IMG/VR virus record: IMGVR_UViG_3300031344_000001
Length of the DNA: 64,000 nt
Source: a virus
Taxonomy: Duplodnaviria > Heunggongvirae > Uroviricota > Caudoviricetes
Strand: one strand, 5' to 3'
The position numbers and the translations under genes were made by a program. Each line of letters starts with the position of its first letter. The first letter of the stretch is position 1. Below the pieces are notes generated by a model that was not told where the DNA came from, ran no database searches, and saw nothing but the letters and a program-made list of their open reading frames with translations. Positions 38,776-48,433 of the stretch are shown here, piece after piece.

Positions 38776-39018
38776 GTGAAGTTCTCGCCCGAGCAACAGT
38801 CGTCGGCTGCCGCGGCTGGTCGCGGCCATGGTCGCGACCGTGACCACGCCTTTAGTCTCATCCCGGCCGTCGGCGTCGTGTGCCCGCGTTGCGGCGCGCG
38901 CGTCGGTAAGCCTTGCGTCTCGACGGTGCCGACTTTTGGGGTCGGATCTGTCGGGGGTCCGATCGACGGCGTCCACGTCGAGCGGGTCGCGTACGCACGT
39001 GAGAAGGGCGTGGCGTGA
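38776..39018 (+). CDS. Small Zn-finger protein (CPRC...C...H)
   Basis: GAGG SD. Begins MKFSP like the next gene. Confidence 0.55.
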   Translation: MKFSPEQQSSAAAAGRGHGRDRDHAFSLIPAVGVVCPRCGARVGKPCVSTVPTFGVGSVGGPIDGVHVERVAYAREKGVA

Positions 39019-40247
39019 AGTTCTCACCCGCGCAGGCCAAGGCGCTCGCCGCGATCGCGGCGTGGCTCGCCGACCCGAACGGCAAGCCGACGTTCTATCT
39101 CGCGGGTCCGGCCGGCAGTGGCAAGAGCACGATCACCAAGTACGCTGTCGCCAACGTTACGGGGCGGATCGTGTACTGCGCTCCGACGGGAAAAGCCGCG
39201 CTGGTCATGCGCCGCAAGGGCTGCCTCGGCGCGCGCACGATCCACCAGGTCATCTACACGCCTGCCGGTGACCCTCCGTCGCCCGAGGTGGTCGAGAAGC
39301 TGCGCGAGGAGATCAAGCGCCTCTACGCGGTCAACGAGGCGGGCGCTCGCGCGACGGCGGACAAGCTCGTCGAGCAGCTCCAGCGCACCGAGGCCGACTC
39401 CAAGCGCAAGGGCCCGCGCTTCTCGTTGAATCTCGTGAGCGACCTGAAGGGCGCGGCGGTGGGCGTCGTTGACGAGTGCAGCATGGTCGATCAGTTCGTC
39501 GGCAAAGACTTGGAGTCGTACGGCACCAAGCTCCTCGTGATCGGCGACCCGAACCAGCTGCCTCCGGTGTACGGCTCGGGCTACTTCACGAGCCGCGAGC
39601 CCGACGCTTACATCGACGAGATCCACCGGCAGGCGCTCGACAGCCCGATCCTACGGCTCGCGGACCTCGCGCGTCGGGGACAGCGACTCCCCGTGGGGCC
39701 CGTCGGCGACGGTGTCGACGTACGTCGCTACGGCGACCCGTCGCTGGAGGAGCGGGCCCTGGCCGCGGAGATGATCATCGTCGGGCGCAACAAGACGCGC
39801 CACGCCTCGAACGCGAAGATCCGGCGCCTGCTCGGGCGCGGAGACTCGCCCGCGCCGGTGCGGGGTGATCGCGTGATCTGCCGGCGCAACAACCACGAGC
39901 TGGGGCTGCTCAACGGCTCGTCGTGGACGATCGGCCACTGCGTGCCGGACATGGAAAGGCTCACGGCGACGATCGAGGTCATCTCCTCCGAGGATGATCG
40001 TGATCGCGTCGAGTGCTCGACGTGGTTGCACCACTTCATGGCGCGCGAGGACGAGCTGCTCGGGCACAACCGCCGCGCGCACGACGAGTTCTCGTACGGC
40101 TGGGCGATCACGGCGCACTCTGCTCAAGGCTCGCAGTACGACGACGTCCTCCTGTTCGATGAGTCGCGGCAGTTTGGCAAGGATGCGCCGAAGCACCTCT
40201 ACACGGCGATCACGCGCGCAGCCAAGACGCTGACGGTGGTGGTGTGA
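39015..40247 (+). CDS. SF1B DNA helicase (Dda/RecD2-like)
   Basis: GPAGSGKST, APTGKAA, TIH, VDECSMV, GDPNQLPPV, HRQ, AITAHSAQGSQY and YTAITRA. Confidence 0.9.
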   Translation: MKFSPAQAKALAAIAAWLADPNGKPTFYLAGPAGSGKSTITKYAVANVTGRIVYCAPTGKAALVMRRKGCLGARTIHQVIYTPAGDPPSPEVVEKLREEIKRLYAVNEAGARATADKLVEQLQRTEADSKRKGPRFSLNLVSDLKGAAVGVVDECSMVDQFVGKDLESYGTKLLVIGDPNQLPPVYGSGYFTSREPDAYIDEIHRQALDSPILRLADLARRGQRLPVGPVGDGVDVRRYGDPSLEERALAAEMIIVGRNKTRHASNAKIRRLLGRGDSPAPVRGDRVICRRNNHELGLLNGSSWTIGHCVPDMERLTATIEVISSEDDRDRVECSTWLHHFMAREDELLGHNRRAHDEFSYGWAITAHSAQGSQYDDVLLFDESRQFGKDAPKHLYTAITRAAKTLTVVV

Positions 40248-40676
40248 TGACTGCGCCCTTCGACATCGATGCGGCTCGAGCGCTTGTGGCCTCCGCTCCC
40301 GTCAACACTCCTATGGCGTGTGCGGACTGCTGCCCACCGGCGCGCAGCCGCACGGCGATGGCCGCGCTGCTGCCGGCCGCTCTCGATGAGATCTCGCGAC
40401 TGGACGGTGAGAAGTGGCGCGCGTACGCCGCTAGTTGCAGCAACTGCGGGCAGATCTATCGTGACAGCGCTGGGCGTGAACCTATCGACCTTGGGATCTG
40501 CCCCGTGTGCGATCGTGACGCAAAACTCGCGTTTGCGCGCGTCGAGATCATCCGTCTCAAGGCTCTCGCGCTTGAGGCGTGCAATTTCGCGAGTCTCGCG
40601 CACCAGTGCCCGACGTGTCACAGCGTCGACGTCGACGAGCCCGCGCGCGTCGTGGAGATCCGCTCCGAGGTGGACC

Positions 40677-41201
40677 GTGGCTGACGCTGTCGATCGCGCG
40701 CGCACCTCAGGGCGTGTCTTACTGATTGGCGAGGACAATCCGTACGGATCTGCGCCCGAGTTCGCGCTCTACTGCCACCCGGCGGGCTGCTCGGGCTACC
40801 GGCTGCGCCGCATCCTGGGACTGCCGGAGTCCCAGTACCTCGCGCTCCACCGCAAGAACCTCTGCGACGACGCGTGGACGGCGAAGGAAGCGCGCGCGCG
40901 CGCGTTTGAGCTGCTCTCGCCGTTCGCGGAGTGGGACGTGCTGGTGCTACTCGGTCGCAAGGTCACCGAGACTTTCGAGAAGGTTGCGCTCAGTGGTGAG
41001 CCACTCGTCGCGTTCTCGACGCGGGGCTGCTGCCCGGGGAGGACGCTTGTCTCGCTGCCTCACCCCAGTGGCCGGAACGTGGCGCTCTGGAATCCCAAGG
41101 CGCGCGAGCGCGCACGCCAGATCCTGCGTGAAGTGGCGCCCGAGGTGCCGTGGGGATCCATCGACGCGGAGGGCTCCCCCGCCGAGGAGGCATCCGCGTG
41201 A
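40677..41201 (+). CDS. Uracil-DNA glycosylase-superfamily protein
   Basis: LLIGEDNP, SGYRL, VLLGRKV and LPHPSGRN..W. Confidence 0.6.
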   Translation: MADAVDRARTSGRVLLIGEDNPYGSAPEFALYCHPAGCSGYRLRRILGLPESQYLALHRKNLCDDAWTAKEARARAFELLSPFAEWDVLVLLGRKVTETFEKVALSGEPLVAFSTRGCCPGRTLVSLPHPSGRNVALWNPKARERARQILREVAPEVPWGSIDAEGSPAEEASA

Positions 41202-41570
41202 TGGAAGACCAGACGCTCCAAGATCGGGCGGCTGCGTCCGCGCAGGTGTTTCGTGACTTCCTCGCGGGGCATGACGCTCACGATCCGGGTGACCGTCAGG
41301 CTGTCGCGCGGATCCGTGAGCGCGTGCATGCGGAGGTGTACCGGCGTGAGCGCGAACTCTTCCCGGAGTACATCGACCATGGAGGCGAGGCGTAGTGACG
41401 GTCGAGGTCCTCCGCTGCCCGCAGCACGCCCAGTCCTGGGCGATCGCTGTCAACGATCGTCGGATCACGCCGAGCAAGTGCTGCGGTGCGTGGTCGTCGA
41501 TCGTGTGGTGGAGAATTGACGGGCGCTCGTTCGCGACAGAGCTGCGCCGCGCGGTGCGTGGGGGCCAAGC

Positions 41571-43589
41571 GTGAGCGCGACTAGGGCCCAGAAGACGGCC
41601 GGGTGGCTCCAGACGCCGCTCTTCGAGCCGGCACTGACGTGGACGCCGACGCCGGTCTCGCAGATGCCCGCGTGGACCGACGCCAAGCGGGTCTGCGTCG
41701 ACGTCGAGTGTCGCGACGACCATCTCTACGAGCTGGGCCCGGGTGTCCGTCGTGGCGGCTACGTGTGCGGCGTCTCGTTCGCGATCGAGGACGGCCCTGC
41801 GCACTACCTGCCGATTCGTCACGAGGGTGGCGGCAACCTGTCCGCCGACAACGTCTGGGCGTACCTGCGCGATCAGGCGAGCGCTTTCTGCGGCGAGGTG
41901 GTGTTCAACTCGGCGCCCTACGACCTCGACTACCTATGGGAGAACAAGGTCGAGTTCACCAAGGTCCTCTTCCACCGCGACGTCCAGGTCGCCGAGCCGC
42001 TGCTCGACGAGCTCCAGAAGAAGTACGGGCTCGACGCGATCTGCGCGCGCCGCGGGTTAGTCGGCAAGGATGAGAGCAAGCTCCGCGAGCACGCCAAGGC
42101 ATGGGGCATCGATCCCAAGAAGGACCTCTGGCGTCTGCACGCTGGCGCGGTCGGCAACTACGCGATCGGCGACGTGGTCGCGCCGCTGCCGCTTCTGCGC
42201 GTGCAGGAGAAGGAGATCGAGGAGCAGAACCTCCGCGAGACGTACGACCTCGAATCGAGGGTGACTCCGGCGCTGGTGCGCATGACGCGCCGAGGGATGC
42301 GCGTCGACCTCGACGAGATGGACCGCGTCGAGACGTGGGCGAAGGGGCGCTTGGGAGAGTACCTCGATCGGATTCATTCCCTGACGGGTGTCCGGATCGG
42401 GTCGATCAGCAACGCCGAGGAGGTCGGTCGCGCGCTGGTGAAGCACGGCGTCGAGGTGCCGACGAAGATCCACGGAGGCACGGGCAAGAAGATGTACTCG
42501 GTCGTCAAGCTGTGGCTCCAGCAGCAGACGGACGAGGTCTCGAAGTCCGTGATCGTGGGCCGCGAGTTCGCGAAGCTCTTGGGGACCTACGTCGGGGGCT
42601 TTCGCAAGCACCTCGTCAAGGATCGCCTCCACCCGACATTCAAGCAGCTTGTCGGCGCCTCGGACGAGGACGAGGACAACGGGGACGAGGACGGCGACTC
42701 GAGCGGCGCGCGCTTCGGGCGCTGCGCTGCGAAGCACCCCAATGTGCAGGCCCAAATGAAGCGCTCGAAAGAGATCCAAAAGCGCTGGCGCAAGGTGCTC
42801 ATCCCCGACGAGGGGAAGCGCTGGTTCAAATGCGATCTTGGGCAACAAGAACCGCGGCTGACGGTGCACTTCGCCGAGTTGTGCAAGCTTCCGGGGGCGA
42901 CGCAGGCAGGGAACGCTTTCCGTGACGACCCGTGCTTCGACCCGTACCAACTCATGGTCGAGCTGTGCAAGACGCCGCTGGATCTTGACCTGAAGCAGCT
43001 GCGAGATGACCTCAAGGAGGTCTACCTCGCGCGCTGCTACGGGATGGGCGGCGGCAAGATCTCAAAGAAGCTCAGGCTGCCGACGGTATGGAAGACGAAC
43101 GAGAGCACAGGTTTCACCTACGAGGCGGCGGGTCCCGAGGCGCAGGGCAAGATCGATCGTTTCGACCGCGGTGTTCCGTACGTCAAGGCGCTCGCCAGGC
43201 TCTGCACCAAGAGCGCGAAGGCGAAGGGGTACATCATCGCGCTTGGCAACCGTCGTGTGCGCTTCGAGCAGGACGAGAACGGCGAGATTCGTGACGAGCA
43301 CAAGGCAATCTCGAAGCTGATCCAAGGAAGTGCAGCGCACCAAACGAAGAAGGCACTCGCCGAATTGGATGCCGCAGGATTTCCCATCCAACTCACGGTC
43401 CACGACGAGTTCGGTTATTCGGGGGACGATGAGAATGAAGCGCGCCGCATGGGAGAGATCACCTGCGACGCCGTCGTGATTCGTGTGCCCTTTCGTTGTG
43501 ACATCGAGGCGGGACTGAGCTACGGCGACTTGACGAAGCTGTTCACGGTGGCGAGCAGGCACACGCTGCTCTCGAAGGCGGCAGCGTGA
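41571..43589 (+). CDS. Family A DNA polymerase with 3'-5' exonuclease domain
   Basis: ExoI DVECRD, ExoII FNSAPYDL, ExoIII YAIGD. Motif A DLGQQEPR, B K...YGMG, IQGSAA, C VHDE. Confidence 0.92.
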   Translation: MSATRAQKTAGWLQTPLFEPALTWTPTPVSQMPAWTDAKRVCVDVECRDDHLYELGPGVRRGGYVCGVSFAIEDGPAHYLPIRHEGGGNLSADNVWAYLRDQASAFCGEVVFNSAPYDLDYLWENKVEFTKVLFHRDVQVAEPLLDELQKKYGLDAICARRGLVGKDESKLREHAKAWGIDPKKDLWRLHAGAVGNYAIGDVVAPLPLLRVQEKEIEEQNLRETYDLESRVTPALVRMTRRGMRVDLDEMDRVETWAKGRLGEYLDRIHSLTGVRIGSISNAEEVGRALVKHGVEVPTKIHGGTGKKMYSVVKLWLQQQTDEVSKSVIVGREFAKLLGTYVGGFRKHLVKDRLHPTFKQLVGASDEDEDNGDEDGDSSGARFGRCAAKHPNVQAQMKRSKEIQKRWRKVLIPDEGKRWFKCDLGQQEPRLTVHFAELCKLPGATQAGNAFRDDPCFDPYQLMVELCKTPLDLDLKQLRDDLKEVYLARCYGMGGGKISKKLRLPTVWKTNESTGFTYEAAGPEAQGKIDRFDRGVPYVKALARLCTKSAKAKGYIIALGNRRVRFEQDENGEIRDEHKAISKLIQGSAAHQTKKALAELDAAGFPIQLTVHDEFGYSGDDENEARRMGEITCDAVVIRVPFRCDIEAGLSYGDLTKLFTVASRHTLLSKAAA

Positions 43590-44443
43590 ACAAGCAAAGC
43601 GTGATCGGCGAGATCTGGTGGCCGTCCATCGGCGATTTGGAAGTCTTGTTCGACAGAGATCCGCTCACAGGCTGTTGGAACTGGAAGAAGAGGATCAAAA
43701 AAGCGGCGTACGACTCCGGCTACGGCGTTTACTCGCTCAAGTGCGTCATTGACGGATTTAATTGGTTTAGGGCGATCCCGGCGCATCGTTTAGTCTACAC
43801 AATTCATCGTGGACAGATCCCAGACGGTTTGGACCTGGATCATTTGTGTCGCAATACGCGCTGCGTGAATCCTGAGCATCTTGAACCAGTCACTCCGCAG
43901 GAGAACATTCGGCGCGCACTTTCCTACAAGAGTGGGACTAAGGAGCGCTGTCCGAGGGGACACGTGCTTGCTGCCGAAACACTTGGAAATTCAGTCTGGC
44001 AGTCGTTTTGTAGGACGTGTCGTAATGAAGGCGCGAAGAAACGGAGAATGCAGGACGAGCAGTCCTATACGCCGATCCCGCGTGACACACAGAAGCGTAA
44101 TCGCTTTGACCGTAAGATCCTTGCGGAGCTTTTGGCAGCGATCGACAGTGGTGAGACACCCGCCGATATCGCACGCCGATACAACTTCAATCCGATCTTG
44201 GTCTGGCATCTACGGCAGCGCTACAGACCAGGCTTCAAAGAGAAGACGTACGCCGCGATTCCTCGCGATCCTACAGATCGTCGTCGTTACGACCTAACGG
44301 CCACTGCAACGCTGATGGCGGAATTTAAGCGTGGTGACTCTGTTGCACAGGTGTCTGAGAGGCACAATTACAATCCAATTCTTGTTTGGCATTTCAAGAA
44401 AAGGATTGGTGTTAACAGCGGTATGAAGGAGGAGACTGCATGA
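43586..44443 (+). CDS. HNH homing endonuclease
   Basis: GCWNW...GYG...AHRLVY...DHLCRNTRCVNPEHLEPVT..EN, CPRGH. Duplicated YNxNPILVWH. Low GC. Lies directly after the polymerase. Confidence 0.88.
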   Translation: MNKQSVIGEIWWPSIGDLEVLFDRDPLTGCWNWKKRIKKAAYDSGYGVYSLKCVIDGFNWFRAIPAHRLVYTIHRGQIPDGLDLDHLCRNTRCVNPEHLEPVTPQENIRRALSYKSGTKERCPRGHVLAAETLGNSVWQSFCRTCRNEGAKKRRMQDEQSYTPIPRDTQKRNRFDRKILAELLAAIDSGETPADIARRYNFNPILVWHLRQRYRPGFKEKTYAAIPRDPTDRRRYDLTATATLMAEFKRGDSVAQVSERHNYNPILVWHFKKRIGVNSGMKEETA

Positions 44444-44715
44444 TCAAGCGTGACGAGATCGAGGACACCGCGTCTTGCTTCAACAAGGCCGGCGACAGAG
44501 AGCGCCTCTTCGTGTTGTTGGCCCGTGATCCGGCGGCGCCCACCGCGATCCGCGCGTGGATCGCGGAGCGGGTCCGCCTGGGCGTGAACACGCCGGACGA
44601 CGCGCAGGTGCGCGAGGCCCTAGAGTGCGCCTCGCTCATGGAGGGTGAGCGCGCCGAGATCGAGGCGGCGAGCCGCCAGCAAGCCTTCTGGGCTGGTGTT
44701 GGAGTCGCGCTGTGA
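44440..44715 (+). CDS. Conserved phage hypothetical protein
   Basis: SCFNKA...FVLLARDPAAP...W pattern. Confidence 0.65.
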   Translation: MIKRDEIEDTASCFNKAGDRERLFVLLARDPAAPTAIRAWIAERVRLGVNTPDDAQVREALECASLMEGERAEIEAASRQQAFWAGVGVAL

Positions 44716-45344
44716 ACGTCGCGATCTCACGGTTCTCGTCCGTGCACGACGTCCACCCCGCCCGGGAGGACCGGTCCTGGTCGGACTTCGTCACGCTGCT
44801 GTCGGAGCCGATCATCACGCCGTGCACGCTGGCGAGCTGCGCGCGGTCGGCCTGCCCGCACAAGCGCGGGGCGTGCTGGTCACCGGCCGTGTCCGCTGAC
44901 GGGACCCGGCGCGGCGAGGTCGCGGCGCTCTCGCTGCTCGTTTTCGACGTCGATCGCGCGACCGACGCGCAGGTCTACGCGCTGCGTGGGCGCCTCGACG
45001 GTCACCGGTACCTGATCCACGCGACGCACGCGGACCGACCGGACGACCGCTTCGTGCGGGTCGTGGTCACGCTCTCGCGGCCGGTCCCGCGGGTGGCGTG
45101 GCGGGCGTTCTGGGCCGTCGCGCAGCAGACGATCGGCCCGATCGCGGATTCGACCTGCGCCGACGCGGGTCGGATCTACTTCTTGCCGAGCGTCCCCCGT
45201 GACGCGGGGTACCTCGTCCAGGTGAACGAGGGGGAGCCGTTCGACGTCGACGCTGCCTTGGCGATGTCTGCGATCGCAGCGCTGGCGAATGGAGCGGGTC
45301 GTGTGGGCGGGGTTGCCAAGCGCACGGAAGGAGCGCTCCCATGA
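44712..45344 (+). CDS. Stand-alone paralog of the primase-helicase N-terminal primase domain
   Basis: C...HKRGACWSPAV, SLLVFDVD, HATHADRP, RPVPR..W..FW and DSTCADAGRIYFLPS match 53135..53780. Confidence 0.8.
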   Translation: MNVAISRFSSVHDVHPAREDRSWSDFVTLLSEPIITPCTLASCARSACPHKRGACWSPAVSADGTRRGEVAALSLLVFDVDRATDAQVYALRGRLDGHRYLIHATHADRPDDRFVRVVVTLSRPVPRVAWRAFWAVAQQTIGPIADSTCADAGRIYFLPSVPRDAGYLVQVNEGEPFDVDAALAMSAIAALANGAGRVGGVAKRTEGALP

Positions 45345-45706
45345 GCGTCAGTGAGAGGACCAGTAACGGAGAGAGGTTCGTGCTCGATTCGGACACCCTG
45401 CGCGTGTTGCCGGGGCAGACGGTTTTCATCACGCGACGTCCGCAGCAGCGCGTGGGGGTCTTCTACTGGCAGCGCTTCGTGGTCTCGAATCCCGAGCACT
45501 GGGACATCCACAATATCAGCGTCGGCAACTTCTCGCTGTTCCCGTCAGCGGAGGTCATCCCCGCGCAGCGCCTCCATCTGGCAGACCTCGAAAAGCTTGG
45601 ATGTCGCGTGGGCCAGGACTTCACGATCGCAGTGACGTACGTTGGCGATGACCCGACCGGTGAGCCGTTCGTGTGCGAAGTTTTCGGCCACGAGGCGCTC
45701 GCATGA
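45341..45706 (+). CDS. Conserved all-beta domain protein (ITRRPQ...VTYVGDDPTG)
   Basis: Aligns with the 5233 C-terminus and with 17054..17536. Confidence 0.7.
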   Translation: MSVSERTSNGERFVLDSDTLRVLPGQTVFITRRPQQRVGVFYWQRFVVSNPEHWDIHNISVGNFSLFPSAEVIPAQRLHLADLEKLGCRVGQDFTIAVTYVGDDPTGEPFVCEVFGHEALA

Positions 45707-46131
45707 CGCCCATCGTCGATCAGCCCCCGCCAGTACCGCAGGAGCATCGACAACCCGTATGGGAGGTCGTGATCGACCACGTCGCGCGCGCGCGGGAGGC
45801 GGGCATTTTCGGCGCGTCTCCGGTCGTCGACCTCTTGATCGCCGACATGCGTGATCGTGACCAGGTCGGGCGCCAGCGCTACGGGACGCCGCTCACGAGT
45901 GGCAACGGCCGCGACCACCTCGTCGACGCTTTCCAAGAGGTACTCGACGCGTGCGTCTACCTGGTGAATGATCTCGACGAGCACGGTGTTGGACCGTCGC
46001 TGCCGATCACGAGCGCCCTCGTGCCGGATTCCAAGCTTCGCGAACAGCTGCACGTCGTGCAGCAACTCTTCGCAGACCAGGTGCGTGCGGCTTTCTGCCT
46101 TCGCACGATGATCGAGGAGCGCGCGTCGTGA
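45703..46131 (+). CDS. Phage protein, possible all-alpha NTP-pyrophosphatase (MazG-like fold)
   Basis: RDQVGRQRYGTPL...DAFQEVLDACVYL. Confidence 0.55.
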   Translation: MTPIVDQPPPVPQEHRQPVWEVVIDHVARAREAGIFGASPVVDLLIADMRDRDQVGRQRYGTPLTSGNGRDHLVDAFQEVLDACVYLVNDLDEHGVGPSLPITSALVPDSKLREQLHVVQQLFADQVRAAFCLRTMIEERAS

Positions 46132-46361
46132 AGCGCCCGAACGTGTGGCACCAGGCGATCGTCTTGCAGATGCAAGCGGCCGGCGTCCAGCCCTTGGGCA
46201 TCGATCAGATCTGGCAGCGCATGGAGGCCGCGGGCTTCCGGCACGCCAGCAAGACGCCGCGTGCCACGCTCGGTGGTCGCCTCGCCGAGCTGGTCCGGCT
46301 GAAGAAGCTCACGCGCGTCGGGCGCTCGACGTACGCGCTGTCGCCGGAGGCGTCGTCGTGA
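46128..46361 (+). CDS. HARE-HTH-like winged-helix protein
   Basis: PLGIDQIW...SKTPRATL...RVGRSTYAL. Confidence 0.6.
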   Translation: MKRPNVWHQAIVLQMQAAGVQPLGIDQIWQRMEAAGFRHASKTPRATLGGRLAELVRLKKLTRVGRSTYALSPEASS

Positions 46362-46984
46362 GGAGGCTCAAGCTCGCGCTTGACTGCGACGGCGTGCTCG
46401 GAAACTTCATGTCCGGGGCGCTCGCAGTCATCGAGGAGGTGACCGGCAAGAAGTTCACCCTCGGGGATGTCACCGATTTTGACTACATCAAGTCCCTGGG
46501 CCTGACCGCGCGTGAAGGGAGCGCGGTCAAGAAGGCGATCGGCGATCGCCGTGGCTTCGCCACGGGGCTGGCGCCGTACCCCGACGCGCGCCAGGGTGTC
46601 CGGCGCTTGCGAGAGCTGGGGGACGTGTTCTGCGTGACGACGCCGTGGAAGAGCAACCCCTGGTGGCGCGCGGAGCGCGAGTCGTGGCTCGCCCTCCACT
46701 TCGGCATCGACCTCGTGCACCACGCGGAGGACGACGACAAGACCGGCTACGAGGCGGACGTCTTCGTCGACGACAAGGCGGCGCACGTGCGCGCGTGGCT
46801 GGCAGCGTGGCCGGGGCGGACGTCGGTGTTCTGGCGCACGCAGCACAACAGCGGCGAGGCCGTGCCCGCGGGGGCGCATTCGATCAACTCGTGGGACGTG
46901 CTCTACCAGGTCGTGCTCGAGGTGGCCCGGGGTCCGCGGCAAGGGACGTTTGAACTCGTCGCGACGTCCGAGGGTGCGCCGTGA
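46358..46984 (+). CDS. 5'(3')-deoxyribonucleotidase (NT5C-type HAD)
   Basis: ALDCDGVL, PYPDA, VTTP, WL..HF, DK...DVFVDD. Confidence 0.8.
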   Translation: MRRLKLALDCDGVLGNFMSGALAVIEEVTGKKFTLGDVTDFDYIKSLGLTAREGSAVKKAIGDRRGFATGLAPYPDARQGVRRLRELGDVFCVTTPWKSNPWWRAERESWLALHFGIDLVHHAEDDDKTGYEADVFVDDKAAHVRAWLAAWPGRTSVFWRTQHNSGEAVPAGAHSINSWDVLYQVVLEVARGPRQGTFELVATSEGAP

Positions 46985-47542
46985 CGGCAACCACGGTCCC
47001 CACGATGGTCGTCGAGGACGTCGAGCTGCGATCGCGGCCGAGCCTCCTCGCGACGCACGCCGATCCGATGGACTGCGAGCACCTGTGGGAGCCGTACGCG
47101 CGAGAGACGGGGCGCGCGTACTGCGCGCGCTGCGGGTCGCGTGCGCGCTGGGCCAACGATCCACGGGTGGAGGAGGCGTCGTGAGGTTCTCGGCCGCCCA
47201 GTACGACGCCGCCATCGAGGCGCTCGTCGCGGCCAGAGGGCAACTCGTGCCCGACGCGCGGAGCTGCCGGATCTGTCACGACACGGGGCACCAGGCGTGG
47301 GAATGCGGGCACAACCCGCTGTACGCGATGAGCGCGTGCGTCGAGCTCGTGGCCTCGGCGCGTCTCGCGCACGACCAACTCCACGCGATCGAGGCCAAGA
47401 TGGACGAAGAAGATCAGACGGCAGTCCTCGTGGACTGGCGCGAGGATGCACACGCGCTCCTTCACTACCTGAGCGGTCATGACCACGAGCTAGGACGACG
47501 GGCGGGGCCGGCGGGCGTGGTGTTGCCCGCGGGGGTCGCGTC

Positions 47543-48433
47543 GTGACGCGCGCGGACGACAGCTCGATCCGGATCGTGGTCCTGGACGTCGAGTCGACCG
47601 GCAAGGAGCGGGCGACGGACCAGATCATCGAGATGTGCGTGCGGTTCGGCGTCGGTCCCGATGCCGCGTCGCGCACGTGGCGCATCAGGCCCGAGGTTCC
47701 GATTCACCCCGAGGCGGTGGCCGTGCACGGCATCACGATGGAGGCGGTCGCCGCGTGCCCGTTGTTCGCGGACCTGGTCGGCGAGTTCCTGCCGTTGATC
47801 GCGGGGGCGGACGTGATCGTCGGCTACAACGTCGCGTTCGACCTCGACATGCTCCAGGCCGAGCTGACGCGCGCGAAGATCCCGCCGCTCGACCTGGGGG
47901 GCAAGCAGGTCGTCGACGTGCTTCGGCTCTGGCACCACGTGGAGCCCAGGACCCTCGTCGCGGCGCATCAGAAGTTCTGCGGCACGGAGCTGGTCGACGC
48001 GCACCAGGCCGAGGCCGACGTCGCGGCCACCGCGCGGGTGCTGGAGGCGATGCTGGCGACGTTCGGCCTCGCGGACAAGACGTGGCCCGAGATCGCGGCG
48101 ATCTCGGACCCGTTCGCCAAGCGCTCGACGTGGCTCGGGCCCTCGCCGCACATCCAGTGGGATGAGAGCGGCGCGGTGGTGTTCGGCTTCGGGAAGTACA
48201 AGGGGGAGCAGGTGGCACACGCCGACGCGGGGTTCCTCAAGTGGGTCCTCGCGAAGGACTTCCCTCCCCACGTCCAGAAGATCTGCCAGGTCGCGTTGGA
48301 GCGTCGCCGCAAGTTCGGCGAGTGGGTGACGACCTACTACCCGCGCCCCTCGTCGAAGGCTCCCGCGGCAGCGGAGACGTCGTCGGAAATGTCGTCGTCT
48401 GCTCAGGTGTCTGCTCAGGGGGTGCTGCTGTGA
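47543..48433 (+). CDS. DEDDh 3'-5' exonuclease (DnaQ/ExoX-like)
   Basis: LDVESTG, VHGIT, GYNVAFDL and AHQAEADV. C-terminal FGKYKG. Confidence 0.88.
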   Translation: MTRADDSSIRIVVLDVESTGKERATDQIIEMCVRFGVGPDAASRTWRIRPEVPIHPEAVAVHGITMEAVAACPLFADLVGEFLPLIAGADVIVGYNVAFDLDMLQAELTRAKIPPLDLGGKQVVDVLRLWHHVEPRTLVAAHQKFCGTELVDAHQAEADVAATARVLEAMLATFGLADKTWPEIAAISDPFAKRSTWLGPSPHIQWDESGAVVFGFGKYKGEQVAHADAGFLKWVLAKDFPPHVQKICQVALERRRKFGEWVTTYYPRPSSKAPAAAETSSEMSSSAQVSAQGVLL

